Origin: Acidobacteriota bacterium
Lineage (GTDB): Bacteria; Acidobacteriota; Terriglobia; Bryobacterales; Bryobacteraceae
DNA: 64,000 bases
NCBI GenBank assembly: GCA_037446555.1
Contig: JBBIIK010000017.1
Location: 4,067 to 68,066 of the forward strand
Direction of reading: 5' to 3'
Shown here: positions 12,241 to 21,798 of the stretch, one piece after another
How the letters are laid out: every line of letters starts with the position of its first letter
How positions within the stretch are numbered: position 1 is the first letter of the stretch
Notes under the pieces: model-generated
Databases searched by the model: none
Told to the model about the DNA's origin: nothing
Seen by the model: the letters and a program-made list of their open reading frames with translations, nothing else
Position numbers and translations under genes: made by a program

Positions 12241-14139
12241 ATGGGCCTGCTGGCGCCATGGTTTCTGGCCGGACTGGGGCTGCTGGCGCTGCCCGTGTAT
12301 CTGCACCTGCTGAGGCGGAGCCGGCCGGATTCGAAACAATTCAGCTCGTTGATGTTTTTTGAGCCGGGCCGGCAGGCGGAGCTGCGGAGGCGGCGGCTGG
12401 ACTACGTGGCGCTGCTGGCGGCGCGGCTCGTGCTGCTGGCGCTGATCCTGCTGGCGTTCGCACAGCCGGTGCTGCGCTCCACGGCGGTGCGCGCCGGCGC
12501 CCCGGCGCTGCGGCTGGTAGCGGTGGACTCGTCGGCGAGCATGGGCTACCGCGGGCGGATGGAGGCGGCGCGGCGGAAGGCTGCGGAGCTGCTGAACGAC
12601 GACGCGCGCCTCGCGGCGTTCGATTCCCGCCTGCGGCTGCTGGACCGGGCGGAGCTGGCGAGGCTCGAGGCGGGCGGCGCGGCGAACTCTTTCGGCGAGC
12701 TGGCGCGGGCGCTGCGGGCTTTCCACGAAGAGCAGAAGCGTCCGGTGGAGGTCCATCTGATCAGCGATTTCCAGCGCACGGGGCTGCCCGGCGGCTTCGC
12801 CGAGCTGGCGCTGCCGGAGGGCGTCGCGCTGCGCGTGCATCCGGTGGCGGAGGGCGCGGAACCGAACTGGGCGGTGGAGAGCGTGAGCGCGCCGGGGCGC
12901 GTGCGGCACGGGCGCGAGGCGCGCGTGCAGGCGGTGATCGCCGGCTTCCACACCGTAGCGGCCCGCAAGACCGTGACGCTGCTGGCAGGGGGCCGGGAAG
13001 CGGCGCGCAAGGAAGTGGAGGTTCCGCCGGAAGGGCGCGCGACGGTGGAATTCGAAGGCGTGGATCTGCCCTACGGGTTCACGCATTGCGCGGTGCGCAT
13101 GCAGCCGGGCGACGGGCTGGCGGCGGATGACGAGTTCCTGTTTGCGATCGAGCGCACGGATCCGTTGCCTCTCGCCTATTTCGGCGACAGGCGCGCGGAG
13201 ACCTACCTGCGGAATGCGCTGGAGGCGGCAGCGGGCGCCGCGTTCACGCTGGCCGGCGCGGACTGGCAGCGCGCGCGGGCATTGATTGCGGCGGGCGCGA
13301 TGCCTCCGGAAGCCGAGCTGGCGGCCGCGGTGCGCCGCGGGGCTGGGCTGCTGCTGGTGCTAGGCGCGGCCGATGCGGCGCGCGGGCGCGTGCCGGTGAC
13401 CGGGCAGAAGATTACCGGCACGAGGTATGCGCCGCGCTCGGCGGAAGGGTTTTTCCTGGCGAGCCGCGTGGACGGCACGTCTCCGCTGATCGAAAAGGCC
13501 GGCGGCTGGGAGGGGGTGCGCTTCTATCAGGTCATTGCGGTGGAGCCCGGAGAGGCGCGCGTGCTGGCGGCGCTCAGCGACGGCACGCCGCTGCTGCTGG
13601 AGCAGCGCGTGGGCGAAGGGACAGTGCTGGTGCTCGCCTCGCCGCTGGACGGCGTGGCAAACGATTTTCCGCTGCACCCATCGTTCGTCCCGCTCGTCGA
13701 GCAGGCGGCGCGGCGGCTGGTGGAGTGGGAGGATTCAACGGCCGCGATGGCTGCCGGCGAGCTTCTGGCGCCGGCGGCGGGCGCGGGGGCTCGCGCCTTT
13801 GAGGTGCTCGATCCGCGCGGGCAACGGGCGTTGAGCTATTCGGAAAGCGCCAAGGGAGCGGCGGTGGAGCTGGAGCGCACCGGCTTCTGGCGCGTGATGC
13901 GCGGCGGGGGGCGTGACAGGGTGATCGCCGTGAATGCGGACCGGCGGGAGTCTGACCTGAAGCCGGTTCCGGAGGAAACGCTGCGGATGTGGCCCGCGGC
14001 GGCAGCGGCGGCGGGACAGGGCGGCGGAGGCGCGCCGCCGGAGAAGCCGCTGGCGCTGTGGATGCTGGCAGCGGCGCTGGCGGCGGCGGTGGTGGAAGCG
14101 GTGCTCGCGTCGTACTATCTGGGCAAGGAGGCGGTATGA
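12241..14139 (+). CDS. BatA-N-terminal-domain / vWA membrane protein
   Basis: The N-terminus MGLLAPWFLAGLGLLALPVYLHLLRR matches the aerotolerance-regulator (BatA) double-TM N-domain. MIDAS-like LVAVDSSASMGY. C-terminal TM helix (LALWMLAAALAAAVVEAVLA). ATG follows directly after the upstream TAG. Confidence 0.8.
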   Translation: MGLLAPWFLAGLGLLALPVYLHLLRRSRPDSKQFSSLMFFEPGRQAELRRRRLDYVALLAARLVLLALILLAFAQPVLRSTAVRAGAPALRLVAVDSSASMGYRGRMEAARRKAAELLNDDARLAAFDSRLRLLDRAELARLEAGGAANSFGELARALRAFHEEQKRPVEVHLISDFQRTGLPGGFAELALPEGVALRVHPVAEGAEPNWAVESVSAPGRVRHGREARVQAVIAGFHTVAARKTVTLLAGGREAARKEVEVPPEGRATVEFEGVDLPYGFTHCAVRMQPGDGLAADDEFLFAIERTDPLPLAYFGDRRAETYLRNALEAAAGAAFTLAGADWQRARALIAAGAMPPEAELAAAVRRGAGLLLVLGAADAARGRVPVTGQKITGTRYAPRSAEGFFLASRVDGTSPLIEKAGGWEGVRFYQVIAVEPGEARVLAALSDGTPLLLEQRVGEGTVLVLASPLDGVANDFPLHPSFVPLVEQAARRLVEWEDSTAAMAAGELLAPAAGAGARAFEVLDPRGQRALSYSESAKGAAVELERTGFWRVMRGGGRDRVIAVNADRRESDLKPVPEETLRMWPAAAAAAGQGGGGAPPEKPLALWMLAAALAAAVVEAVLASYYLGKEAV

Positions 14140-17100
14140 GCGCGCGGGAAAGGTTTCTGGAGTACTTGGGCGCAGTGGAGCGGCGGCTGTGGCTGCGGTC
14201 GCTGGGCGTGGGCTTGGCGGTCGTGGCGGGGCTGTTGCTGGCGTGGACGCTTGCGGGCGCGTGGCTGGGCTTGCGCTGGGCGTTCGATGCGCGGCTGATG
14301 CTGGCGCTGCGCGTGGCGCTGGTGGTGGCGGCGGGGGCGGGGCTGGCGCTGGCAGTGGCCGCGCCGGTGCTGCGCGTCAACCGCAAGCGCGCGGCGGAGC
14401 TGGCGGAGCGGAAGCTGGAGGGCTTGCAGGAACGCGCGGCAACGTTGGCCGGCCCGGCGGCCGACTCGCCGCTGGCGGAGCTGGTGGCGGAGGAGGCGCT
14501 GCAATATGCGCAGGCCGTGCCGCCGGCTGCGCTAGTGGGGCGCGCGGCGATGATCGGCGGCGGCGTCATCGCCGGCGCCAGCGTGTTGCTGCTTGTGTGG
14601 CTGACGGTGGCGGCGCCGGGCTCGCTTGGCTACGGCGCGCATCTGTTGTGGGCGGGCGCTCCGCCTGAGGGGCAGCGGGCGCTGTTCCAACTGACGGTGA
14701 AGCCGGGCGACGCGAAGGTGCGGCGCGGCGGGGATCAGATGATCGAAGCCGTGGCGGCGGGGCTCGATTCGGCGCCCATGCGGCTGCGTCTGCGCCGCGC
14801 GGGCTCGCCGCAGTGGGAGGCGCTGCCGATGGAGCCGAACGCGGCGGGCGCGGGCGCGGTGTTCCTGTTGGCGGGGATCACCGGGGATGTCGAATACCAG
14901 GTGGATGCGCAGAGGATGCGTTCGCCCGTGTACCGGCTGAAGGTGGTGGAGCTGCCGAAGATCGTGAAGTACCGCGTGCGGTACCGCTATCCGGCGTACC
15001 TGGGGATGCCGGAGAGCGTGGAGGATCCCGGCGGCGACATCCGCGCCGTGGAGCAGACGCGGGCGCAAATCGAGATCGAAACCGACAAGCCGCTGGAGAG
15101 CGGGCTGCTGGTGCTCGACGACGGGACGCGCGTGCCGCTGGAGCGGCGCGAGGGAACCTCGGCGCGCGCCGAACTGGAAGTGAAGCGCGACGGCTCGTTT
15201 TACTTTGCGGCGCTGGACGGAGGCGCGCCGGTGCGGCTGAGCGAGGACTACTTCATCGAGGCGCGCCCCGAGCGCGCGCCCGAGGTGCGGCTGTCGAGGC
15301 CGGGGCGGGACGCGCGCGTAAGCCCGATCGAAGAAGTGACGGTGGAGGCGGAAGCGGCCGACGACTTCGGGCTGCAAGGGCTGGAGATCACCTACAGCGT
15401 CAACGGCGGCGAGCCGCGCACGGTGAAGGCGCCGGTGCAGCGCGGAGAGAAGGAGGCGCGGGGGCGCACGGTCATCGCGCTGGAGGAGTTCAAGCTCCAG
15501 CCCGGCGACATCGTGGCGCTGTCAGCCACGGCGCGCGATGCGCGCACGTCGGCACAGACAGACATTTTCTTCCTGGAGGCGCAGCCCTACGAGCGCGAAT
15601 TCCTGCAATCGCAGACGATGGGCGGCGGCGGCATGGAGGGCGAGGGCGAGGAAGAGAACGACATCGTGCAGCGGCAGAAGGAGATCATCGCTGCGACGTG
15701 GAACCAGATGCGGGCGGTCCGGCAGCGCCCGCAGGCGCGCCAGGACGCGGCGTTTCTCTCCGGCATGCAGCAGAAGCTCTCCGAACAGGCGCAGTCGCTG
15801 GCGCAGCGCATGCGGAGCCGGCAGCTGGCGGCCACCAACGAGGAGTTCCAGAAGTTTTCAATCGAGATGGGCAGCGCGTCGAAGGCAATGCAGGACGCGG
15901 CGGCGAAATTGCGCTCGTTGCAGTGGCGCGAGGCGCTGAGCCCCGAGCAGCGCGCGCTGCAACACCTGCTGCGAGCCGAGAGCCTGTTCCGGCAGATCCA
16001 GGTGGCCTTCGGGCAGCAGGGCGGAGGGCGCGGAGGCGCTGGTGGGCAGATGCGCGACCTGGAAAGCCTCTTCGAGCTGGAGCTGGATCTGGAGAAGAAC
16101 CAGTATGAAACGGTGCAAAACGCGTCGTCATCGGCGAGCCGCGAGCGGCAGATCGACGAGGCGCTGAAGAAGCTGGAGGAGCTGGCTCGGCGGCAGCAGC
16201 AGCAGGCCGAACAGCAGCGGCGCAACGAGCAGAGCTTCCAGCAGCGCTGGGCGCAGGAGATGCTGCGGCGCGAGGCGGAAGAGCTGCGGCGGCAGCTGGA
16301 GCAAATGCAACGAGAGCAGCGCGGGCAGAGTTCGCAGAGCGCCCAGGGATCGCAGACAGGCCAGCAGGGCCAAGCCGGCGAGAGCGGCGCCCAAGGGCAG
16401 CGGCGCGCGGGCGGCGTGCAGAGCGAGAGGCTGGGCCGGGCGCAGCAGCAGGTGGAGCGGGCGCTGGAAGACATGAGACGGGCGCAAGCGGCAGCGGGAA
16501 GCGAGGCGCAGGAGAACGCGAGGCGCGCGGCGGAGCGGATGTCGCAGGCGCTCGATGAGTTGGGGCAGATGCGGCGGCAGCAGGCGGGCGACCGGATGGA
16601 GTCGGTGAGCCGGCGCGCCGCGGATCTGGCTGAACGGCAGCGGCGCTACGAGGAACAGGTGAGGAAGGCGTTTCCGCAGCCGCAGGCGGGAGCGCAGCAG
16701 CCGGGGCAGCCCGCGGTTTCGGCGGCGGAGTCCGAGCGGCTGGCGCGCGAGAAGGAGTCGATGCAGCGCGATTACCAGCGGTTGGAGCAGGAGATGCGCG
16801 AAGCGGCGCGGGCGATGGACGGGGCGCAGCGGGGGGCGGCGTCGCGGTTGCGCGAAGCGCTGGGCGAGGCGCAACAGAATGAAGTTGGCTTGCGCATGCG
16901 GCTGGGCGCGGAGTGGATGCGGCGCGGGCTTGGGCCGTATCTGGGGCCGCGGGAGCGCGTCGTGACCGAGGCGCTGGAACGGCTGAGCGAGCAGGTGGAG
17001 CAGGCCAAGCAGCTGGCAGGGCGGGAAGGAAACGGAGGCGAGCAGCGGGAACGGATCGAGCGCGCGCTGGGGCAGATCGAGAATCTCCGCGAACAACTGG

Positions 17101-17717
17101 AGCGGCAGGCGCGGGGCGGGCGCGAATCCGGGCAGGGGCAGCAGCGCGAAGGCGGGCGGGAAAGCGGGCAGCAGCAAGGGCAGGGAGGCCAGCAGGGCAG
17201 GGAAGGACAGAAGGGACAAGGGCAGCAGGCGCGCGGCGGAGGGGAGGGCCAACGGCAGGATGGCGCAGATCCTATGGGACCCCTCGGCGGAGACAGGAGG
17301 AGGCAAACCGGGGGCGACACGTCGTTCTGGCGGGGCGATTATGGGGCGCTGAACGACGGCACGCTGCAACCGGACTGGAGCCGCAACGCCGAGGCGAGGC
17401 GCGGCGCTTGGGCGGACGCCATGCGGCAATTGCGGCAACTGCGCGAGGAGGGCGCGGTGAGCGACGAGACGCAAGCCGAGCTGGAGCGGCTGCTGCGGCG
17501 CATGCAGCAGCTGGATCCGGCGCGGTTCGGATCTCCGCTGCTGAGCTCGCGAATCGAGAACGAGTTGCTGCCGCAACTGGAGCAGGTGGAATTGCGCTTG
17601 CGGAAGGAGCTTTCCGCGCAGAGCGGCGCGCCGCGGGCGGCGCCGGCGGCGAAGGCGCCTCCGGGGTATGCCGAGGCGGTGGCCGAGTATTTCCGCCGGC
17701 TGAGCCGCGGGCGGTAG
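14136..17717 (+). CDS. 1,193-aa membrane protein with long Q/R/E/A coiled-coil and G/Q low-complexity C-terminal half (DUF4175/TIGR02302-like by recollection)
   Basis: ATG 14136 overlaps the upstream TGA (ATGA) and is preceded by AAGGAGG. There are three predicted TM helices in the first ~200 aa, a beta-rich middle, then ~600 aa of QQ/RR/EE-rich heptad-like sequence. The track's 13989 start lies inside the upstream gene. Confidence 0.7.
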   Translation: MSARERFLEYLGAVERRLWLRSLGVGLAVVAGLLLAWTLAGAWLGLRWAFDARLMLALRVALVVAAGAGLALAVAAPVLRVNRKRAAELAERKLEGLQERAATLAGPAADSPLAELVAEEALQYAQAVPPAALVGRAAMIGGGVIAGASVLLLVWLTVAAPGSLGYGAHLLWAGAPPEGQRALFQLTVKPGDAKVRRGGDQMIEAVAAGLDSAPMRLRLRRAGSPQWEALPMEPNAAGAGAVFLLAGITGDVEYQVDAQRMRSPVYRLKVVELPKIVKYRVRYRYPAYLGMPESVEDPGGDIRAVEQTRAQIEIETDKPLESGLLVLDDGTRVPLERREGTSARAELEVKRDGSFYFAALDGGAPVRLSEDYFIEARPERAPEVRLSRPGRDARVSPIEEVTVEAEAADDFGLQGLEITYSVNGGEPRTVKAPVQRGEKEARGRTVIALEEFKLQPGDIVALSATARDARTSAQTDIFFLEAQPYEREFLQSQTMGGGGMEGEGEEENDIVQRQKEIIAATWNQMRAVRQRPQARQDAAFLSGMQQKLSEQAQSLAQRMRSRQLAATNEEFQKFSIEMGSASKAMQDAAAKLRSLQWREALSPEQRALQHLLRAESLFRQIQVAFGQQGGGRGGAGGQMRDLESLFELELDLEKNQYETVQNASSSASRERQIDEALKKLEELARRQQQQAEQQRRNEQSFQQRWAQEMLRREAEELRRQLEQMQREQRGQSSQSAQGSQTGQQGQAGESGAQGQRRAGGVQSERLGRAQQQVERALEDMRRAQAAAGSEAQENARRAAERMSQALDELGQMRRQQAGDRMESVSRRAADLAERQRRYEEQVRKAFPQPQAGAQQPGQPAVSAAESERLAREKESMQRDYQRLEQEMREAARAMDGAQRGAASRLREALGEAQQNEVGLRMRLGAEWMRRGLGPYLGPRERVVTEALERLSEQVEQAKQLAGREGNGGEQRERIERALGQIENLREQLERQARGGRESGQGQQREGGRESGQQQGQGGQQGREGQKGQGQQARGGGEGQRQDGADPMGPLGGDRRRQTGGDTSFWRGDYGALNDGTLQPDWSRNAEARRGAWADAMRQLRQLREEGAVSDETQAELERLLRRMQQLDPARFGSPLLSSRIENELLPQLEQVELRLRKELSAQSGAPRAAPAAKAPPGYAEAVAEYFRRLSRGR
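17100..17265 (+). repeat. in-frame G/Q/R/E low-complexity tract with imperfect tandem unit (GGRESGQ x2) inside the 14136-17717 CDS
   Basis: The translation reads RQARGGRESGQGQQREGGRESGQQQGQGGQQGREGQKGQGQQARGGGEGQRQDG. The nucleotide units ggcgggcgcgaatccgggcag and ggcgggcgggaaagcgggcag repeat ~36 nt apart. Confidence 0.7.
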
Positions 17718-17802
17718 CCACCGGCTGGCGGGAATCTGAATTGACGAAGGGCGGTTGCTCTGAAAGGATGAAGTGCGGCCCCGTGGCGGCCGCTCCCGAT
17801 CC

Positions 17803-18411
17803 ATGACCCGGCACCCCATTTCGAAAGGCGTCTTCTGCCTGGAATGCGACTGGTGGGGCGATGCGCGCCGCCGCTACAGCATGGAGTACCTGCTCGACCT
17901 GCTCGACCAGATGACTCCCTCCCGTTGCCGCCACATCCGCTACGACGTCTCCACGCGGGAGGAGTTTTTCTTCCTGCTCAAGAAGTGGAGCCAGCGGCGG
18001 TTCCGCTTGCACCCGCTGCTGTATCTCGGATTTCACGGCAAGCCGGGCGCGCTGATGCTGGGCGCAGGCAAGCGCGCGCCGCGAGTCACGCTGGAGGAGA
18101 TCGGCGAAGCCCTGGCGGGAAAGTGCAACGGGCGGGTGATCCAGTTCGGCAGCTGCGAGACCATCCGCGCTGTGCCGTGGCAGCGGCGGAAGTTTCTGGA
18201 TTCGACGCAGGCACTCGCCATCTGCGGGTATGAGCGCGAGGTGGACTGGATGCTTTCGGCGGCGATGGACCTGGTCGTGCTGGATGCGATGCAGGAATTC
18301 ACGTTCACCCTGCAGGGCATCTCGGCGATTGCGGAGCGGATTCGCGAGCGCTCGCGCGGTTTGGGCAAGGCGCTGGGCTTCCGGATCTACACACGGCAGG
18401 GCGAGGCGTGA
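17803..18411 (+). CDS. hypothetical 202-aa cytoplasmic protein with caspase-hemoglobinase-like strand-HG ... strand-SC arrangement
   Basis: No signal peptide. PLLYLGFHGKPGALMLG, then ~40 aa later GRVIQFGSCETI, then ALAICGYEREVDW. The alternating hydrophobic-strand and helix pattern suggests an alpha/beta fold. ATG 17803 was chosen over the Arg-rich upstream extension. Confidence 0.4.
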   Translation: MTRHPISKGVFCLECDWWGDARRRYSMEYLLDLLDQMTPSRCRHIRYDVSTREEFFFLLKKWSQRRFRLHPLLYLGFHGKPGALMLGAGKRAPRVTLEEIGEALAGKCNGRVIQFGSCETIRAVPWQRRKFLDSTQALAICGYEREVDWMLSAAMDLVVLDAMQEFTFTLQGISAIAERIRERSRGLGKALGFRIYTRQGEA

Positions 18412-18424
18412 CGGCGTGCCTGCC

Positions 18425-19495
18425 TCAGAGGGCGCAGGCGAGGGCTTCGATGTCGCTCGCGTCGTTGTAGAAGTGCGTGGAGACGCGCAGCAGCCCGTGG
18501 CGGGCGGAGACGAGCACGCGCTGCGAACGCAAACGCGCGGCGAGCGCGGGAGCGTCTTCCACGGGCGTGGCGACGATAGGCGAATCCTCGTACGGAAGCG
18601 CGCCAGGAAACAGGTCGCGAACCTGTGACGCCAGCTCCAGCGCACGGCGCTCGATGATCTGCGGCGTGAGTTCCAGCATCAGATCGACGCTGGCTTCCAA
18701 CGCATAGAGCAGCGCGGAGGGCAGCATGCCGCCCTCGTACTTCTCCGCAGATTCCTTCAGCTCCGGCTTGCCGTGCCAGAGCTGGTTCACGTCGCGCCAG
18801 TCGCGGTGGGAGCGCCAGCCGATGGCGAGCGGGGGAATCTGCGCCCTCAAGCGGGGATGCACGGCGGCGAACGCGATGCCGTTGGGCGCCAGCATCCACT
18901 TGTAGCAGTTCACCGCCAGCATGTCCGGCTGGATGCGCGAGAAATCGAATTCCAGCGCGCCGCAGTGCTGCGTGGCGTCGATGAAGAGCGGCACACCGCG
19001 GCGCCGGCACTCCCGGCTGAGCGCCTCCAGCGGCGCGCGGTACCCGGTGGTGTAGTTGACGGCGCTGACAGCAACCAGCCGTGTGCGCGGGGTGAAGCTG
19101 TCGAGGAGCCGCTCCGGGGGCGCCTGGACGAGTTCGAGCCCCGGAAACAGAGGCGCGTAGATCTGATTGGGGAACTCGTGCTCCAGCGTGAGCACCTGGT
19201 CGCCTTCGCGCCAGCGGATGCCGTGCATCAGCACCGCCAGAGCGGCGGAGGCGTTCTGGAAAAAGGCGATGTCCTCCGGATGGGCATGGATCAGGTGGGC
19301 AATCTTCTCTCGCAGACGGTCGTGATCGTCGAACCACGAGAGAAAATCGGCGCATGCAGTTTGGTCACGGCCCGCGAAGTGCGCCATGACGGCTTCCACC
19401 GAACGGGTGGAGAGCTGCCCGAAGGTGGCCGTATTCAGATACGCGCGGCCCCGCAAGGCAGGGAAGAGGGCGCGGACAGCCGCCCAGTCCGGCAT
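18425..19495 (-). CDS. class-V aminotransferase-fold PLP enzyme (cysteine desulfurase / isopenicillin-N epimerase-like)
   Basis: The N-terminus ...FPALRGRAYLNTATFGQLS and overall ~356 aa length are typical of aminotransferase class V. Its ATG shares one nt with the proS stop. Confidence 0.75.
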   Translation of the reverse strand: MPDWAAVRALFPALRGRAYLNTATFGQLSTRSVEAVMAHFAGRDQTACADFLSWFDDHDRLREKIAHLIHAHPEDIAFFQNASAALAVLMHGIRWREGDQVLTLEHEFPNQIYAPLFPGLELVQAPPERLLDSFTPRTRLVAVSAVNYTTGYRAPLEALSRECRRRGVPLFIDATQHCGALEFDFSRIQPDMLAVNCYKWMLAPNGIAFAAVHPRLRAQIPPLAIGWRSHRDWRDVNQLWHGKPELKESAEKYEGGMLPSALLYALEASVDLMLELTPQIIERRALELASQVRDLFPGALPYEDSPIVATPVEDAPALAARLRSQRVLVSARHGLLRVSTHFYNDASDIEALACAL

Positions 19496-21219
19496 CAGTG
19501 CCTCGCCTGGGGGCGCGCCTGTTCGATGGCCTGACGGGTGGCCTGGGCGGCCGATTCCACCGGGATTTCCTTCGTCTCGCGGGTGCGGCGGTTCACAAGC
19601 TCCAACTTGCCTTCCGAGAGCTTGCGGCCGATGTTCACGCGGAAGGGGATGCCGATCAGGTCGGCGTCCTTGAACTTGACGCCCGGGCTCAAGTCGCGGT
19701 CATCGTAGAGCGCATCGACGCCCTGGGATTTCAGTTCCCCGTAGAGCCGCTCCGCGGCCTCGCGCAGCGAAGCGTCCGTCACCTTGACCGGCGTGATCAC
19801 CACCTCGAAGGGCGCGATGGAGACCGGCAGGGACATGCCGTCGGCGTCCGAGTACAGCTCGACGGCGGCGCAGAGGACGCGCTCGACTCCGATGCCGTAG
19901 CTGCCCATGATGACGGGCGTCTCCACGCCGTTCTGGTCGAGCACCTTGAGCCCCATGGCGTCGGAGTACTTGTAGCCGAGCTTGAAGATGTGCCCGATCT
20001 CGACGCACTTGATGATCTCGAGCGGCGCGCCGGTTTCCACCTCGGTGTCGCCCGGGGCTACCTGCCGCAGGTCGTGCCACTCGCCCTGGAAGTCCTCTTC
20101 GGGCGTGACGTTCTTCAGGTGGTAGTCGTCGCGGTTGGCGCCGCACACCAAATTCTTGCGCCCGCGCAGCGCCTCGTCGACGAGGATGCGGACACCGGAC
20201 AGACCCACCGGGCCGAGCGAGCCGGCGGAGGCGCCGAACAGATCCCGCATCTCTTCGGGATGCGCCGGACGGAACTCCTGGCAGCCCGTGGCGGACTGGA
20301 ATTTGGTCTCCGAGAGCTGGTGATCGCCGCGCAGGATGGCCACCACCGGCTGGCTGTCGGCCACCAGGCAGAGCGTCTTCATCAGCGAGGTCTCGGGCAA
20401 GCCGAGGAAGCGGGCGACCTCTTCGATGGTCTTCTGGTCCGGTGTGTGGACGAGCTCCGCAACGAGATCTCCCTCAGGGTCGGGCGCCGCCGGAGGCGCC
20501 GGGCGGGAGACGGCTTTCTCGAGGTTCGCGGCGTAGCCGGTCTGCCGGCACAACACGACGTAATCCTCGCCGGCGTCGGTGGCGACCATGAACTCCTGTG
20601 ACTGCGAGCCGCCCATGGCGCCGGAGTGCGCCTCGACGGCGACGTAGTCCAGCCCGCAACGGTCGAAGATGCGGCAGTAGGCGACCCGGTGCTTTTCGTA
20701 GGACTCGTCAAGCCCCCCGGGGCCGAGGTCGAACGAATAGGAGTCCTTCATAAGGAATTGCCGCACGCGGAGGAGACCCGATTTCGGCCGCGGCTCGTCG
20801 CGGAATTTCGTCTGGATCTGGTACCAGATTTGAGGCAGCTGCTTGTAAGAGCGCAGTTCACCACGGGCGATAAAAGTCATGACCTCTTCGTGGGTCATCC
20901 CAAGGCAAAGAGGCCGCCCATAACGGTCCTTGAGGCGGAAAAGATTGTCCCCCATTACCTCATAGCGGCCGGATTCCTGCCAGACCTCGGCCGGATTCAG
21001 GGCGGCGAGATGGAACTCCTGGGCGCCGATAGCGTCCATTTCTTCGCGGATGATCTGCTGGATTTTCAGCATCGACCGCTGGGCAAGATAAAGGTAATTG
21101 TAAATGCCGGCGCCGATCTGGCGGACGTAGCCCGCCCGCAGCAGCATCTGGTGGCTGACGACTTCCGCCTCGGCGGGCGTCTCGCGCAGCGTGGGAATAA
21201 AGGCACGGGACCACAGCAT
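19495..21219 (-). CDS. proS: proline--tRNA ligase (bacterial type, with editing insertion)
   Basis: [43 protein letters not shown]... is a canonical ProRS N-terminus. 574 aa. Class-II motifs [17 protein letters not shown] and [10 protein letters not shown]. Confidence 0.95.
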   Translation of the reverse strand: MLWSRAFIPTLRETPAEAEVVSHQMLLRAGYVRQIGAGIYNYLYLAQRSMLKIQQIIREEMDAIGAQEFHLAALNPAEVWQESGRYEVMGDNLFRLKDRYGRPLCLGMTHEEVMTFIARGELRSYKQLPQIWYQIQTKFRDEPRPKSGLLRVRQFLMKDSYSFDLGPGGLDESYEKHRVAYCRIFDRCGLDYVAVEAHSGAMGGSQSQEFMVATDAGEDYVVLCRQTGYAANLEKAVSRPAPPAAPDPEGDLVAELVHTPDQKTIEEVARFLGLPETSLMKTLCLVADSQPVVAILRGDHQLSETKFQSATGCQEFRPAHPEEMRDLFGASAGSLGPVGLSGVRILVDEALRGRKNLVCGANRDDYHLKNVTPEEDFQGEWHDLRQVAPGDTEVETGAPLEIIKCVEIGHIFKLGYKYSDAMGLKVLDQNGVETPVIMGSYGIGVERVLCAAVELYSDADGMSLPVSIAPFEVVITPVKVTDASLREAAERLYGELKSQGVDALYDDRDLSPGVKFKDADLIGIPFRVNIGRKLSEGKLELVNRRTRETKEIPVESAAQATRQAIEQARPQARH

Positions 21220-21270
21220 GGTAAACCCTTGAGTGTAGCATGGGGGGCGGGGCGGCCCGCGGTTGCCGGC

Positions 21271-21798
21271 TCAGAGGCGCCCCGCGAAGCTGCGGCGGAG
21301 GCGCACGGCGCCGGCGAAAGCGATGACGGCGAACAGGGCGAGCGAGCCCCAAACGAGGATCGCGCCGCGCCGGCGGTCCGCCGGCTGGGGGCGCGGCGGG
21401 AAGGGCACGGCAGGGTCCAGCAGGCGCACGAGGAGCCGAAGGCGTGTCATGCGAGGCGTGCCGCCCCGTGCCTCGACCGCCAGCACCAGTTCACGCTGCG
21501 AGGCGGCGAGGCGCGAGAACGCGCCGCCGGGCGAGAATTCCGTGACGCCGAATTCTTCGTAGGGCCTGCCTTCCACCCACGCATCCACCTCTTCGGCCGG
21601 AAGCAGCAGAAGGCGGACATTGCCGCCGTGCAGCACGCGCCAGGAACAGGCCAGCCGCGCCGGCGCCCGGCGGACGGGAAGGGACAGCGTGCGAACCTGG
21701 CCCGGCGCGATGTCGACGATATCGTCGAACAGCACCTGCGCGGGCGGTTGGGCCCCGGCCAGCAGTGAAAGGAAGACTAGCGCGGCCGCGGATCTCAT
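21271..21798 (-). CDS. hypothetical protein, N-terminal signal peptide and C-terminal TM anchor
   Basis: MRSAAALVFLSLLAGAQP signal. C-terminal AILVWGSLALFAVIAFAGAV helix followed by basic residues. ATG overlaps the amidohydrolase stop (ATGA, 21795-21798). Confidence 0.5.
   Translation of the reverse strand: MRSAAALVFLSLLAGAQPPAQVLFDDIVDIAPGQVRTLSLPVRRAPARLACSWRVLHGGNVRLLLLPAEEVDAWVEGRPYEEFGVTEFSPGGAFSRLAASQRELVLAVEARGGTPRMTRLRLLVRLLDPAVPFPPRPQPADRRRGAILVWGSLALFAVIAFAGAVRLRRSFAGRL

Noticed and set aside
13989-14135. N-terminal extensions suggested by the ORF track. Examples: 13989, 7061, 3359, 23335, 37650, 44036 and 60493 on the plus strand; 58110, 43074, 37413, 25152, 49336, 30150 and 63387 on the minus strand.
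   Set aside because: The extensions run through the preceding gene in another frame or antisense, and they are compositionally Arg/Gly/Pro noise. They are followed by an internal start with a signal peptide, a canonical family N-terminus, a Shine-Dalgarno-like run, or an ATGA/GTGA overlap.
17100-17265. Repetitive G/Q-coding DNA as a possible CRISPR or non-coding tandem repeat.
   Set aside because: The repeats are imperfect, in frame and continuous with a long ORF, and there is no repeat-spacer periodicity. I treat it as coding low complexity.
18387-19355. Second same-strand ORF (322 aa) inside the aminotransferase gene, and similar alternative-frame ORFs inside proS, plsX, gdh and the TonB receptors.
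   Set aside because: The frames carrying recognisable family motifs account for the whole region. The alternative frames translate to Arg/Ala/Pro-rich sequence without motifs.
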